From sequence record ON645936.1: a stretch of DNA of 64,000 nt, one strand, 5' to 3'. The notes under the pieces are model-generated. The model saw nothing but the letters and a program-made list of their open reading frames with translations. It ran no database searches and was not told the origin of the DNA. Made by a program: the position numbers and the translations under genes. Positions 1-9,044 of the stretch are shown here, piece after piece. Origin of the DNA: Escherichia phage N2. Positions within the stretch are counted from its first letter, which is position 1; each line of letters starts with the position of its first letter.

Positions 1-11
1 AATTTTCCTTA

Positions 12-2189
12 TTAGGCCGCAAGGGCCTTCATAGTTTTAGCGATTTGGGAAACTTCATCATCACTTAAAGAGTTGCGATAACCGATGAAGTCGGAAACAA
101 TACGGAATTTCTTGGTAAACTCAGCAACCATTTTATCACTGTTTTTTGAAGCATTATTTGATAATACATCAAAAAGATTAGTTACTGTCCAGATGTCATG
201 ACCGATGGTATCTTTTCCACCGTTGAAATATACACCCTGTAATGAACTAACCATATTAGCGAGTCGTGTATATTCTTCAGAAACTTCATCTACGCTGAAG
301 TACTTCATCATAAAATCTAACTCAGGATACTTGATAATTTTATCAATATATCGTTTAGCTGAACTTGAATAACCTACATACTTATCATAATCTACATCAT
401 CAAAAGCATCTACATATAAATCACGCAGAGTTTCAAAAATACATTGGCACTGACCAAGTTCTTTTACCTTTTTCTGTAAAAGCGGACGAATAACATAAAA
501 TTCATTAATGCCAATAAGATTAGCTATACGAATCAAAATATTCGTAGATGGATGACAAAGCGATGTAGTACCATCCATAGAGAAAATATCAGAACGATGC
601 ATGTATGCTACATAACCAGTAATTTCATCTGCTTCTGATGTGAGCGTAAATAGTTCCTCTTTTTCCCAGCGCCCGTCTTTAATTTCAAACTTAAATGCAG
701 TAGCAGCTTTAGGACGAGGAGCTGTACTTTTTACTGCCTTTGGAATATAACTTTTAACTAAAGCTTCAATTTCTGACAAATAATGAATGTTAACTTCATC
801 ACTTTCAAACATTGCCATAATATCAGGGAGTAAATCAATCTGTGATTCTACTTCCGGATTAATAAACAGAAGACGCTCATTGTGATGAATATTTAAGGTG
901 TTATTAAATTCACTATCATCTAACGCGCGTGCTAATCCACGGACAATATTAACACGATTTTTAGTATTATCAATAACAATATTAATTTTTGTCGTATTAA
1001 TACCAAACAGACGATAGCTTGACGCAACGGCTGAAGTTTCATGGCTTTGCTTAATGCGTTTCAGTCGAGGGTCAAGATTTACTTCATACACAACTCCTGC
1101 ATTGCACAACTTGCTGTCAGGTTCAAACATGCTCTGCATCTTTTTATATGATAGATTTTTAGTCGTAAATTTGACTGAATTACTAATCATATAATCTCGA
1201 GCAGAATATCCCATCTTCATCAATTCACGGTATGTATGACGAGGAGATGTAGATTCTTTAAATCGTTTTACATCTTCATTGAATGCCTTCTCACTAAGCT
1301 CTTTAACACGCTCAATAATATTTTTACGAGTACGATCATCTAGTGAAAGAGCCTCACGCGATGGAGCAATATCAAGTGAACCCATTGGAAACTTAATGTA
1401 ATTCACTTCATTGCGAATGCTTAACCAGTTACGGTCTCTAATGACACCATCAATAGGATAAACAATACCACCATAGATAGCATACAATCCACCACGATCT
1501 GGCCAGTATCTTTCTGGATTTACGCCGTAATAATCATCAAAATCCGGAAAATAATCAATTTCGCGGTCAAGACCATTAATGATAGCCAAATCTTTGAATG
1601 GTCGCATGATATAGGAAACTTCATAAGCAAAGTTTCTAAAGTCTTTTTCTTCAACTGGAACTACGATTTCAATACCAGTTTTATCGTCTGGACCCATTTC
1701 TTTTACGAATGTAGGTTTAATCTGCGGACCGTCACCATCCATATAAGCTACATAACCGCGAATTTCACCTTTATGGTACGAAGTAATACTAAACGTATCA
1801 GTATAACTAAACGGAGATTTAGAACCTAAACCAAATCCACCAATGAAATCGTTAGATTCAGCCTTAGATGAACTGAAGTATGAATTATACAACCCAGGAG
1901 AATTATCATCACCCTGAATATCAAAATCGCTCATACCCGGACCAAAATCTCGGCAAACAAATCGCGGATCTAATCGTCCTGGAACTTGAATGATAAATTT
2001 TTCATGATTTCCATTGAGAGCATGGGCATCAATCATGTTGGTAATCAATTCACGTACTACTGCGCGAATCTTGTTTGTATACAAATCAGATGATAGAATT
2101 TTAAATACTTTAGGAGATGCTGTGATGCTAAATGCTTTTGATTTAGAACCATTACCAAGAATTGTTTCTTTTTCAGTGGTGATAATCAT
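12..2189 (-). CDS. rIIA: rIIA protein (GHKL-ATPase-like N-terminus)
   Basis: 725-aa ORF, ATG start; N-terminal [10 protein letters not shown] / GFGLGSKS motifs; size and position as T4 rIIA. Confidence 0.85.
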   Translation of the reverse strand: MIITTEKETILGNGSKSKAFSITASPKVFKILSSDLYTNKIRAVVRELITNMIDAHALNGNHEKFIIQVPGRLDPRFVCRDFGPGMSDFDIQGDDNSPGLYNSYFSSSKAESNDFIGGFGLGSKSPFSYTDTFSITSYHKGEIRGYVAYMDGDGPQIKPTFVKEMGPDDKTGIEIVVPVEEKDFRNFAYEVSYIMRPFKDLAIINGLDREIDYFPDFDDYYGVNPERYWPDRGGLYAIYGGIVYPIDGVIRDRNWLSIRNEVNYIKFPMGSLDIAPSREALSLDDRTRKNIIERVKELSEKAFNEDVKRFKESTSPRHTYRELMKMGYSARDYMISNSVKFTTKNLSYKKMQSMFEPDSKLCNAGVVYEVNLDPRLKRIKQSHETSAVASSYRLFGINTTKINIVIDNTKNRVNIVRGLARALDDSEFNNTLNIHHNERLLFINPEVESQIDLLPDIMAMFESDEVNIHYLSEIEALVKSYIPKAVKSTAPRPKAATAFKFEIKDGRWEKEELFTLTSEADEITGYVAYMHRSDIFSMDGTTSLCHPSTNILIRIANLIGINEFYVIRPLLQKKVKELGQCQCIFETLRDLYVDAFDDVDYDKYVGYSSSAKRYIDKIIKYPELDFMMKYFSVDEVSEEYTRLANMVSSLQGVYFNGGKDTIGHDIWTVTNLFDVLSNNASKNSDKMVAEFTKKFRIVSDFIGYRNSLSDDEVSQIAKTMKALAA

Positions 2190-2199
2190 AATTTCCTCA

Positions 2200-2403
2200 T
2201 TAATTCATATTGCGTTTAATAACTTCAGCAACTTCTAGTAGTTCATCTTTAGTTGCGGTGTCGGATTGAATTTTATCTCTAATATCCTTAAAGCGGTTTT
2301 TAAACTCTTCAGCTTCTCCCATATCGAAAAAGCGTTGAATGATTCTATATTCTCGATGAACTGCTTTATCAAAAAGTTCTAAATTTACTTTATATGATTT
2401 CAT
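2200..2403 (-). CDS. rIIA.1: small conserved protein upstream of rIIA
   Basis: 67-aa ORF in T4 rIIA.1 position. Confidence 0.55.
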   Translation of the reverse strand: MKSYKVNLELFDKAVHREYRIIQRFFDMGEAEEFKNRFKDIRDKIQSDTATKDELLEVAEVIKRNMN

Positions 2404-2457
2404 TTCAATATCCTCATTTGCCCAATTAATTATACCACATCCTTGTGGTAAAGTAAA

Positions 2458-4275
2458 CTACTGGCTCATCCATTCTTTACGAAGGTCAGCATTATCTCCC
2501 ATGAGCATTTCAAAAAGCTCTTTCCAGTTCTCAGGAAGTTTAACAACATCATATACTGGGTTTTGAATCATCTCACGATATTCAGATTTTTCCAAAGAGC
2601 CAAGTCCTTTAATATAACGGATGCTATGTTTAGGTAGAGCATCTTTGGCACTCTCATATTCAGCGACTGTATAAAACCATTCTTGTTTTTTACCGACCTG
2701 AGCGATGATTACAGGAGTTTTGACAAAGCGAATTCTTCCTTGTTCAAACAATTCTGGCCAATTACTAAAAAATCCGAGCAGAGAAGGATAAATGCTTCCT
2801 AGACCATCGTGGTCAGCATCAGTCATAATAGCAATATTATGATAATTCAAGTTTTCAGCTTTTTCACCAAGAACTAATCCAGTGATTGCGCAAATATCAA
2901 ACAGTTCTTTGTTTTTAAGCATATCAGCATATGACATACCCCAACTGTTGAGAACTTTACCACGCAATGGATAACCGCCATGAAGTTCTTTATCGCGAAC
3001 ATCAATAAGATATCCGATAGCAGAATCACCCTCAGTCAAGAAAAGAGTAGTGTCAGCATCTTTACCGCAAAGATTCGCTTTAATATGTTTATGAACCTTA
3101 GCTTTAGAGGCCTTTTTAGCTGCTTTAGTTTCTGCTGCTTTTTCTGCCGCCAATTTACGAGCCAAAGCAGCTTCAATGATTGGCATTAAAATTGCTTCAT
3201 TATTTAAAATAGCACGTGAAATCTTTTTAGCATCAAGCTGAATATGACTACGAATTTCACCAAATGGAGAAGTCAAACGCTCTTTAGTTTGAGAATCAAA
3301 TCGCATGTTTTTCATATCACGAACAAACATAACGATAGTCAAACATTCTTTAACACGTGCTTTAGTTACATCAATTTTGAATTTACGTTTGATTTGTGGA
3401 ATAAGGTCTTCACAAATATCATCCATAACGCAGTCAATATGATGGCCACCATTCTTAGTATGAATGTTATTGACGTACGTTAATTGACGAAAACCATCCG
3501 GCGAACGACCAACCGCAATAGAACAGTTTTCTTGTTCTTGAACGATAGCATGCTCATCATATTGGCGTGCGTATTTCTTAAAATTACCCTGAACCTTTTT
3601 ACCATTAAAGGTAAATTGAATATCAGGATAAACTACTGCAAGTGTCTGGAGACGATCCAGTGTAATGTCAAGATAAACTTGAGATAGCTCATTAGTTTCA
3701 AATGACATAAAATCAGGAATGAAAGTAACGCGAGTTCCTTTCCATTTTCCAGGAATATCTTCCCACGATTTATTTTCCATGCCGTTTGAACAACGAACTA
3801 CAATATTATTTTGACCGTCGCCAGTTTCACCGACAAACATCACAGAAAAAATGTTAGTTAAACTAGAACCAACACCATTCATACCACCGGTGACGCGTTC
3901 TTTATCATCACCAAAGTTACCACCTGCTTTTGGAATAGTCCAGGCAGCAACTGGACCAGGAATTTCTTCACCAGTAGGTGTTTTAACCATCGCCTGTGGA
4001 ATACCACGACCGTTATCTTCAACTGTTACTTGATTGTTTTTGATAGTAACATTAATTTTATTTGCGAATTTAAACTTAGTACGAATACCTTCATCTACTG
4101 AGTTATCGATAATTTCATCAATAAGCTTAACAAGACCAGGTACATACTGAACACTTTCCCATTTACCAAACAGAAAGCGCTCATGCATTTCATTAGCAGA
4201 AGAACCAATGTACATGCCGCTACGCTTTTTGATATGTTCAATATCGCTCAGAATTTTAATTTCATTCTTAATCAT
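2458..4275 (-). CDS. 39: DNA topoisomerase II large subunit, contiguous (GHKL ATPase + TOPRIM)
   Basis: 605 aa from ATG at 4275; NSVDEG ATPase and EGDSA TOPRIM motifs in one ORF. Confidence 0.85.
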   Translation of the reverse strand: MIKNEIKILSDIEHIKKRSGMYIGSSANEMHERFLFGKWESVQYVPGLVKLIDEIIDNSVDEGIRTKFKFANKINVTIKNNQVTVEDNGRGIPQAMVKTPTGEEIPGPVAAWTIPKAGGNFGDDKERVTGGMNGVGSSLTNIFSVMFVGETGDGQNNIVVRCSNGMENKSWEDIPGKWKGTRVTFIPDFMSFETNELSQVYLDITLDRLQTLAVVYPDIQFTFNGKKVQGNFKKYARQYDEHAIVQEQENCSIAVGRSPDGFRQLTYVNNIHTKNGGHHIDCVMDDICEDLIPQIKRKFKIDVTKARVKECLTIVMFVRDMKNMRFDSQTKERLTSPFGEIRSHIQLDAKKISRAILNNEAILMPIIEAALARKLAAEKAAETKAAKKASKAKVHKHIKANLCGKDADTTLFLTEGDSAIGYLIDVRDKELHGGYPLRGKVLNSWGMSYADMLKNKELFDICAITGLVLGEKAENLNYHNIAIMTDADHDGLGSIYPSLLGFFSNWPELFEQGRIRFVKTPVIIAQVGKKQEWFYTVAEYESAKDALPKHSIRYIKGLGSLEKSEYREMIQNPVYDVVKLPENWKELFEMLMGDNADLRKEWMSQ

Positions 4276-4292
4276 CACTTATCCTCGTTTGG

Positions 4293-4329
4293 TTTCGGGA
4301 ATATTATACTCCGGTAATCATAAAGCTAA
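4293..4329 (-). promoter_or_regulatory. possible MotA-box middle promoter upstream of topoisomerase gene
   Basis: minus strand TTAGCTTTA-N12-TATAAT. Confidence 0.3.
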
Positions 4330-4345
4330 AGGCCCGAAGGCCTTT
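4328..4345 (-). terminator. GC-clamped tetraloop hairpin overlapping stop codon
   Basis: GGCC-UUCG-GGCC on minus RNA; T-run follows on plus strand. Confidence 0.45.
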
Positions 4346-4605
4346 TATTTAAAACGGATAGTCGAATCCTTGAAGAATAGACCAGAACATACTGTTCCTT
4401 CTACTTTCTGCCCGGTAGGTCCAATAGCACGAAATCCAGTGTGTTGGAAATCATTTTCAGAACAACCAAACCAATTGTATCCAGTGATTTCAATATTAGT
4501 AAAACCACTTGAAGACAAAACTTTGGTTGCATTATCAGCATCAGTACATCCTACTAAAGATACTGCTAATACTAATGCCGCGATAGAACGATTAACATAT
4601 TTCAT
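4345..4605 (-). CDS. small lipoprotein
   Basis: signal peptide ending LVGC lipobox; start moved to MKYVNRS. Confidence 0.5.
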   Translation of the reverse strand: MKYVNRSIAALVLAVSLVGCTDADNATKVLSSSGFTNIEITGYNWFGCSENDFQHTGFRAIGPTGQKVEGTVCSGLFFKDSTIRFK

Positions 4606-4609
4606 AATT

Positions 4610-4981
4610 TCACTCAAATTTAATGGCTTGAAGGAGACTAATAATTCTCAAGCGACTTCTTTCATCTTTAACTGTAAAAGAAAGAGGGTCACCAGATTTC
4701 ATAGTGATAGTGCATTCAAAATCAAAATCTTCTGTAACTTCTTCGAAGAAGTCAAATTCTTCATCATAAATTAGAACATTACTCTGAAAACTGTGAAGAA
4801 TTTTTCCATCATTTCCAGATGATGTACTAATCATTGTAACATTATTACCTTTCATATCTTCAACGATAAATTCACTTGTAGATATTACGGCATTAATAGA
4901 ACCATTCCTATAAATAGAAGAAAGCAGATATTTCTTTTCTTCACCTTCGCGAACACGATATTTCTTACCGATTTTAAACAT
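4610..4981 (-). CDS. hypothetical protein
   Basis: 123-aa ORF, coding-like, no overlap conflicts. Confidence 0.45.
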   Translation of the reverse strand: MFKIGKKYRVREGEEKKYLLSSIYRNGSINAVISTSEFIVEDMKGNNVTMISTSSGNDGKILHSFQSNVLIYDEEFDFFEEVTEDFDFECTITMKSGDPLSFTVKDERSRLRIISLLQAIKFE

Positions 4982-4983
4982 AA

Positions 4984-5160
4984 TTATCCTTTAAGTAAGT
5001 CGTAAAATCCACCATTCACATGCTTAGGAGCGGAAACTAACCGAATAGCAATCCGATGACAATCAGGACATACATCAGTATCCCTTTCAGAAATTTTCTT
5101 GATTTTTTCGTATTCTTTTGCACAGTCTTTGGATTGACATTTATAATCATAAAGAGGCAT
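4984..5160 (-). CDS. zinc-ribbon small protein (58 aa, not in ORF track)
   Basis: hand-translated MPLYDYKCQSKDC...CPDCHR; two CxxC pairs. Confidence 0.45.
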   Translation of the reverse strand: MPLYDYKCQSKDCAKEYEKIKKISERDTDVCPDCHRIAIRLVSAPKHVNGGFYDLLKG

Positions 5161-5162
5161 AA

Positions 5163-5582
5163 TTATTCCTTAAAGTGAGCTTTCAACATCTGATACAAAG
5201 ACCATGCTTGTTCATTATTTTCAATAGTAACTTTCATTACCGGGAATTCTGTGAAATCTTCTATTTGTTCTTGCTCTTCCTGCTCTTGTTCTTCAGCAGC
5301 CTGATATGGATTTTCAACTTCATCAAAGAACCCAGCTTCGTTAGTAGAGAGCCAGATAAAGTTTTCATCAAGGATATCACCGCCGGCACAACGTTTGAGT
5401 ACACCTATGGATGTCATAATTTTAGTAGGACGCCCAAGATAATCAGCATCTAAAATTTTAAAAGGCTCCATACCTAAACGTCGTGCATAGATTCCGTTAT
5501 CAGTATGGTCTTTAATAAAATTTTCTTGAGCTTGTTTATTTTTAAATTGATACCATTTATTAACTTCAAATTTAATAGCCAT
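5163..5582 (-). CDS. hypothetical acidic protein
   Basis: 139-aa ORF with [10 protein letters not shown] acidic tract. Confidence 0.5.
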   Translation of the reverse strand: MAIKFEVNKWYQFKNKQAQENFIKDHTDNGIYARRLGMEPFKILDADYLGRPTKIMTSIGVLKRCAGGDILDENFIWLSTNEAGFFDEVENPYQAAEEQEQEEQEQIEDFTEFPVMKVTIENNEQAWSLYQMLKAHFKE

Positions 5583-5797
5583 TAATAAATTTCCTTCCAG
5601 TAAGTTGTGCCATCTTCAGTAATTTCACGAAATACACCGTAAATTGGCTGTTTATCGCCGACTTTCTCATACACATAAACAGAAGTCAAGTGAGTAAACT
5701 TAACGGTATGTTCCTTTTGAACCACTACCAAATCTGGATCGAATAATACATCTTCAAATTCGTCATTAGTGCAGTTCTGAACAATTTTACGTTTCAT
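5582..5797 (-). CDS. hypothetical protein
   Basis: 71-aa ORF, ATGA overlap with neighbour. Confidence 0.45.
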   Translation of the reverse strand: MKRKIVQNCTNDEFEDVLFDPDLVVVQKEHTVKFTHLTSVYVYEKVGDKQPIYGVFREITEDGTTYWKEIY

Positions 5798-5810
5798 TAC
5801 AATTTCCTCA

Positions 5811-6080
5811 TTAATTGAACAGTGGAGCGATGCGTTTCAGAAGAGTAGCAGCACCTTTGGCAAATTTTACATCATGAAAAACAGTTTCTTCTTCCGTTAC
5901 AACACGAACTTTAATGTTTTCACAATCCCAATTTTTGCGAACAATCTTCAAAAGCTGCAGTAAATCTTTACATTCAGCAATATCGATAACACATCCACGA
6001 GAATCTTCCATTATCGCACGATAACCGTAAGCCATACCATAATCGTTGAAAGATTGTTCGATGATAATTAAGTTTTCCAT
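5811..6080 (-). CDS. hypothetical protein
   Basis: track ORF starts at TTG inside promoter; reassigned to ATG at 6080 with GGAG SD. Confidence 0.45.
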   Translation of the reverse strand: MENLIIIEQSFNDYGMAYGYRAIMEDSRGCVIDIAECKDLLQLLKIVRKNWDCENIKVRVVTEEETVFHDVKFAKGAATLLKRIAPLFN

Positions 6081-6124
6081 TTTATTCTCCAAGTTGTTTT
6101 TCTGTATCAGTAGTTGATATTGAT

Positions 6125-6153
6125 ATAGTACCATAATCAACTACTGATGTATA
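6125..6153 (-). promoter_or_regulatory. sigma70-type early promoter (weaker -35)
   Basis: minus strand TATACA-N17-TGgTACTAT with conserved leader. Confidence 0.4.
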
Positions 6154-6177
6154 TAGTTTTATGAAAAATTTTAAATT

Positions 6178-6675
6178 TTATGCATAGCGGGCTTTGCTAT
6201 AGTGTTTAATCCAACTTTCGGGAATGACTTTGTATGTTCCTAAAAATACCGCGTTGTACAGCTTAACACCATCTTCTACCCACTGATCGGTAATGTATGC
6301 GCACATAGCACGAGTACGGTGTTTTTGAACAACCCCTTCCTCATCTTCAGTAAATTCGAATTCATAAGGAGCAATGAACTTAATAGCCTGACCGAGTTTC
6401 CACTTAAAGTCTACACCTACATGCGAAGTATCAATCGTTTCAATTCCTTTAGCAGGAACAGCTTTCAAAAACGCAGATTCAAGAAATTTCGCACGAACAT
6501 AGCCAAACTGAGGTTTAGACTTTCCATCTTTAGGAATGATACGCACTTTTACTTCAGAATCTTCGTCTTTAACACCACGTTTAAGCTGAATGCTTACAAT
6601 TTCAACCAATTTTCCTGCTGCTTTAGAACGGGATTTATCAGATACACGAGCAATTTCACCAATATTAATAATCAT
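6178..6675 (-). CDS. hypothetical protein, paralog of 6751..7293
   Basis: 165 aa; C-terminal ITDQWVEDGVKLYNAVF shared with neighbour. Confidence 0.5.
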   Translation of the reverse strand: MIINIGEIARVSDKSRSKAAGKLVEIVSIQLKRGVKDEDSEVKVRIIPKDGKSKPQFGYVRAKFLESAFLKAVPAKGIETIDTSHVGVDFKWKLGQAIKFIAPYEFEFTEDEEGVVQKHRTRAMCAYITDQWVEDGVKLYNAVFLGTYKVIPESWIKHYSKARYA

Positions 6676-6718
6676 AGTTATCTCTCACTTGTTAAAAAGA
6701 TTTTATACTCCAGGGACC

Positions 6719-6748
6719 ATTATACTCTGGTCCCAAGAGTTTGTAAAC
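6719..6748 (-). promoter_or_regulatory. sigma70-type early promoter
   Basis: minus strand GTTTACA-N17-TATAAT; -10 inside GGGACCA/TGGTCCC inverted repeat. Confidence 0.5.
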
Positions 6749-6750
6749 TA

Positions 6751-7293
6751 TTAATTTAAAATAGCTACCACCGCACTACGAGGTACTACACTAAAATCAC
6801 CTGCATGAACAACGTTCAGAAGTTCAACACCATCTTCAATCCACTGGTCTGTTACCCAGCCACAGACCGAAATAAATGGAGTCTTGATAGCTACAGCATG
6901 AGTTAGAAGGTCAGTAGGGTCTTGTTCTTCAACTTCTTGGAACAGGATGAACTCTGCTTCATAAACCAGGATTTTCTCTATTTTGTTATTGTCTAAACGA
7001 CGACCGTGGACAATATAAGATTTAGTAAACCATTTACTTTTTTCAAAGTCTTCAACAGTAAATTCGCCTTCGCCAAAAACATCAGTCAAAGTTTTATAGC
7101 CGGAAATCAAGGCATTGGTTTTAATTTCAGGTTCAACTAGTTTGTAGGTTTTGCCGATTTCAATAGCGGTAGTCATAGTAGATTCCTTAATTTCCAGTGG
7201 TTTAACAGGGCATACATAAGTGCTTACAACATCAAAATCAATCAGTTTAGCTACCGGATTTGGTATGTATTCAGGATTATAATTAAATTTCAT
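6751..7293 (-). CDS. hypothetical protein, paralog of 6178..6675
   Basis: 180 aa; C-terminal VTDQWIEDGVELLNVVH. Confidence 0.5.
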   Translation of the reverse strand: MKFNYNPEYIPNPVAKLIDFDVVSTYVCPVKPLEIKESTMTTAIEIGKTYKLVEPEIKTNALISGYKTLTDVFGEGEFTVEDFEKSKWFTKSYIVHGRRLDNNKIEKILVYEAEFILFQEVEEQDPTDLLTHAVAIKTPFISVCGWVTDQWIEDGVELLNVVHAGDFSVVPRSAVVAILN

Positions 7294-7295
7294 AA

Positions 7296-7796
7296 TTATC
7301 TCATTTCAATAAAATCTATGAGTTCAGCATGCGATTTGCGGAACATTACTTGGTGCCCGCCAATGATAACTTCATCTTCAGGAACTTCGTATACAGCGAG
7401 ATAAAATCCTTTAGAAGATAATTCTTCCCGCTCTTCTCGTGTGAACCATCTCATCATATCATATTCACTAGCGAAAGCAAAATGATAAAGAGCTATAAAC
7501 CATCCTGGAATATGATATTCTACTCCAACATAATCTTTCTTGAACTTAGTATTAATTACTATATTAGCGTTTTTAACTAATAGTTTATCTTCGTGTGGTA
7601 AAGGAATTCTTTTATTATTATCGCTATGATGCATAAAATTAGGTCTGTCATAACCTACGTGTACTAGCCACTCTTCGCTCCATGAATCTATTATACTCCT
7701 GTACGGCGTTATTTGAACACAAAGATTTCGACGTATTGTTATAGCATCTTCATAATTAAGAATACTAAAAGATGATTCAACACGATAAATTTTCAT
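7296..7796 (-). CDS. hypothetical protein
   Basis: start reassigned to ATG at 7796 with GAGGAT SD, downstream of promoter. Confidence 0.45.
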   Translation of the reverse strand: MKIYRVESSFSILNYEDAITIRRNLCVQITPYRSIIDSWSEEWLVHVGYDRPNFMHHSDNNKRIPLPHEDKLLVKNANIVINTKFKKDYVGVEYHIPGWFIALYHFAFASEYDMMRWFTREEREELSSKGFYLAVYEVPEDEVIIGGHQVMFRKSHAELIDFIEMR

Positions 7797-7823
7797 TTTA
7801 TTATCCTCAGTAGCTATGGTGTT

Positions 7824-7853
7824 ATAATACCACAACTAACCGAGGAAGTAAAC
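7824..7853 (-). promoter_or_regulatory. sigma70-type early promoter
   Basis: minus strand GTTTACT-N17-TGgTATTAT. Confidence 0.5.
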
Positions 7854-7859
7854 AACTTT

Positions 7860-8543
7860 TTATCGTTTTGTTGGAAGAGATAGAGGATCGCATTCTTCCT
7901 CTGACGGAGCATCTTCAAGACCCATAGCATATCGCAAAGCATACTTCATCATCAGGATGTCTTTCGCACAGTCATGAATAGAATCATGTGCAACGAATCC
8001 ATCTAAAGTTCCCTTTGGAAGAGGACACGTGGTCATATCACGAACAAGGAGAAGTGCTTCAATTCTGGTACGAATATCACGCTGATTCCAGAATTTACAT
8101 GGTTCTAACTTAAATGTGTCAAGTTCATTCTCAGATACGCCATTAAGACGTTGAATATCGCGAATGAGATCGACTAAAATTGGAAAATCAAACGACATTC
8201 CACGGCACCAGCCTTGAGATTTCCAAGGATCGATGTTATGTGCATTGATGTAATCATTAAATTTTACAATACCATCGATAGTGCTTACATCTTCATCTGA
8301 CGGTGCAATATTTTTTCGAGCTTCAGGAGACTGATTTTTCCACCATTCGATAGTGCTTTTAGTAAAAAGACGATGTCCTTTTTGGCTTTTTAAATCAAAT
8401 TTGATTTTAATGCCGCGTGAAACTAATTCATCAAACGTTTCAACTACTTCTGGATTAGGGTCAAAGGCAATAACAGCCAAATCAATAACAGCTGCCTTTT
8501 CACCGCTTCCCATTGTTTCAAAATCTATAATAAAATCAAACAT
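7860..8543 (-). CDS. dexA: DEDD-family 3'-5' exonuclease DexA
   Basis: 227 aa; N-terminal IIDFETMG exonuclease motif; position before dda. Confidence 0.75.
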   Translation of the reverse strand: MFDFIIDFETMGSGEKAAVIDLAVIAFDPNPEVVETFDELVSRGIKIKFDLKSQKGHRLFTKSTIEWWKNQSPEARKNIAPSDEDVSTIDGIVKFNDYINAHNIDPWKSQGWCRGMSFDFPILVDLIRDIQRLNGVSENELDTFKLEPCKFWNQRDIRTRIEALLLVRDMTTCPLPKGTLDGFVAHDSIHDCAKDILMMKYALRYAMGLEDAPSEEECDPLSLPTKR

Positions 8544-8818
8544 TAAATTTTCCTCGCTAAATCGCGAATTTGACCTACAGTATAATCTTGGATATAAACT
8601 TTATTAATGGGCTCATCAATAAATTTTGCCATAGATTCAATATCTTTTTGTATCTCTTCAAGACTGTATACTATCTTTGAAGCTTTTTCGCGAATAGTAA
8701 CATTATCAGGTCCTGGATTTTCCTCAATGACAGCTTTAACATTTGCCATAAGAGATTTAAATTGATGCAAACTTAATTCAATCATTAATAACCGCCTTAT
8801 AAAGATGGCTAATTTCAC
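8543..8818 (-). CDS. hypothetical protein
   Basis: 91 aa; resembles next ORF (LEEIQKDIES / YIQDYTVGQI). Confidence 0.4.
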   Translation of the reverse strand: MKLAIFIRRLLMIELSLHQFKSLMANVKAVIEENPGPDNVTIREKASKIVYSLEEIQKDIESMAKFIDEPINKVYIQDYTVGQIRDLARKI

Positions 8819-9038
8819 CTAAAATGTAATCACTGATTGTGACAGTTTTCACTTCACCACAAAAGAATTCTAACGCAATCAAATCTCGTTCAATTTCTTC
8901 TAGTTGAAGCATTAACTTGCCTGATTCAATTTTTACATTTCTACGATTTTTACTATAAGCTATTTCATAAATTTCGCTCACTTTATCTTGAAGTAGATAA
9001 AACTGGTCTTTAGTTATTTCCACGAATAGCTTCCTCAA
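8778..9038 (-). CDS. hypothetical protein
   Basis: 86 aa; LEEIERDLIA / TISDYILGEI; start may be internal. Confidence 0.4.
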   Translation of the reverse strand: MRKLFVEITKDQFYLLQDKVSEIYEIAYSKNRRNVKIESGKLMLQLEEIERDLIALEFFCGEVKTVTISDYILGEISHLYKAVIND

Positions 9039-9044
9039 ATTTAA

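Noticed and set aside
2014-2238. Plus-strand ORFs antisense to minus-strand genes (for example 2014..2238, 2980..3189, 4208..4774, 6319..6759, 10284..10667, 26009..26296, 47576..47887)
   Set aside because: They lie entirely inside well-supported minus-strand genes, lack SD/ATG context and are low-complexity; typical shadow ORFs in AT-rich DNA.
2404-4278. Gene 60-type translational bypass element in the topoisomerase region
   Set aside because: The topoisomerase large subunit is one uninterrupted ORF; there is no second ORF segment or 50-nt gap to bypass.
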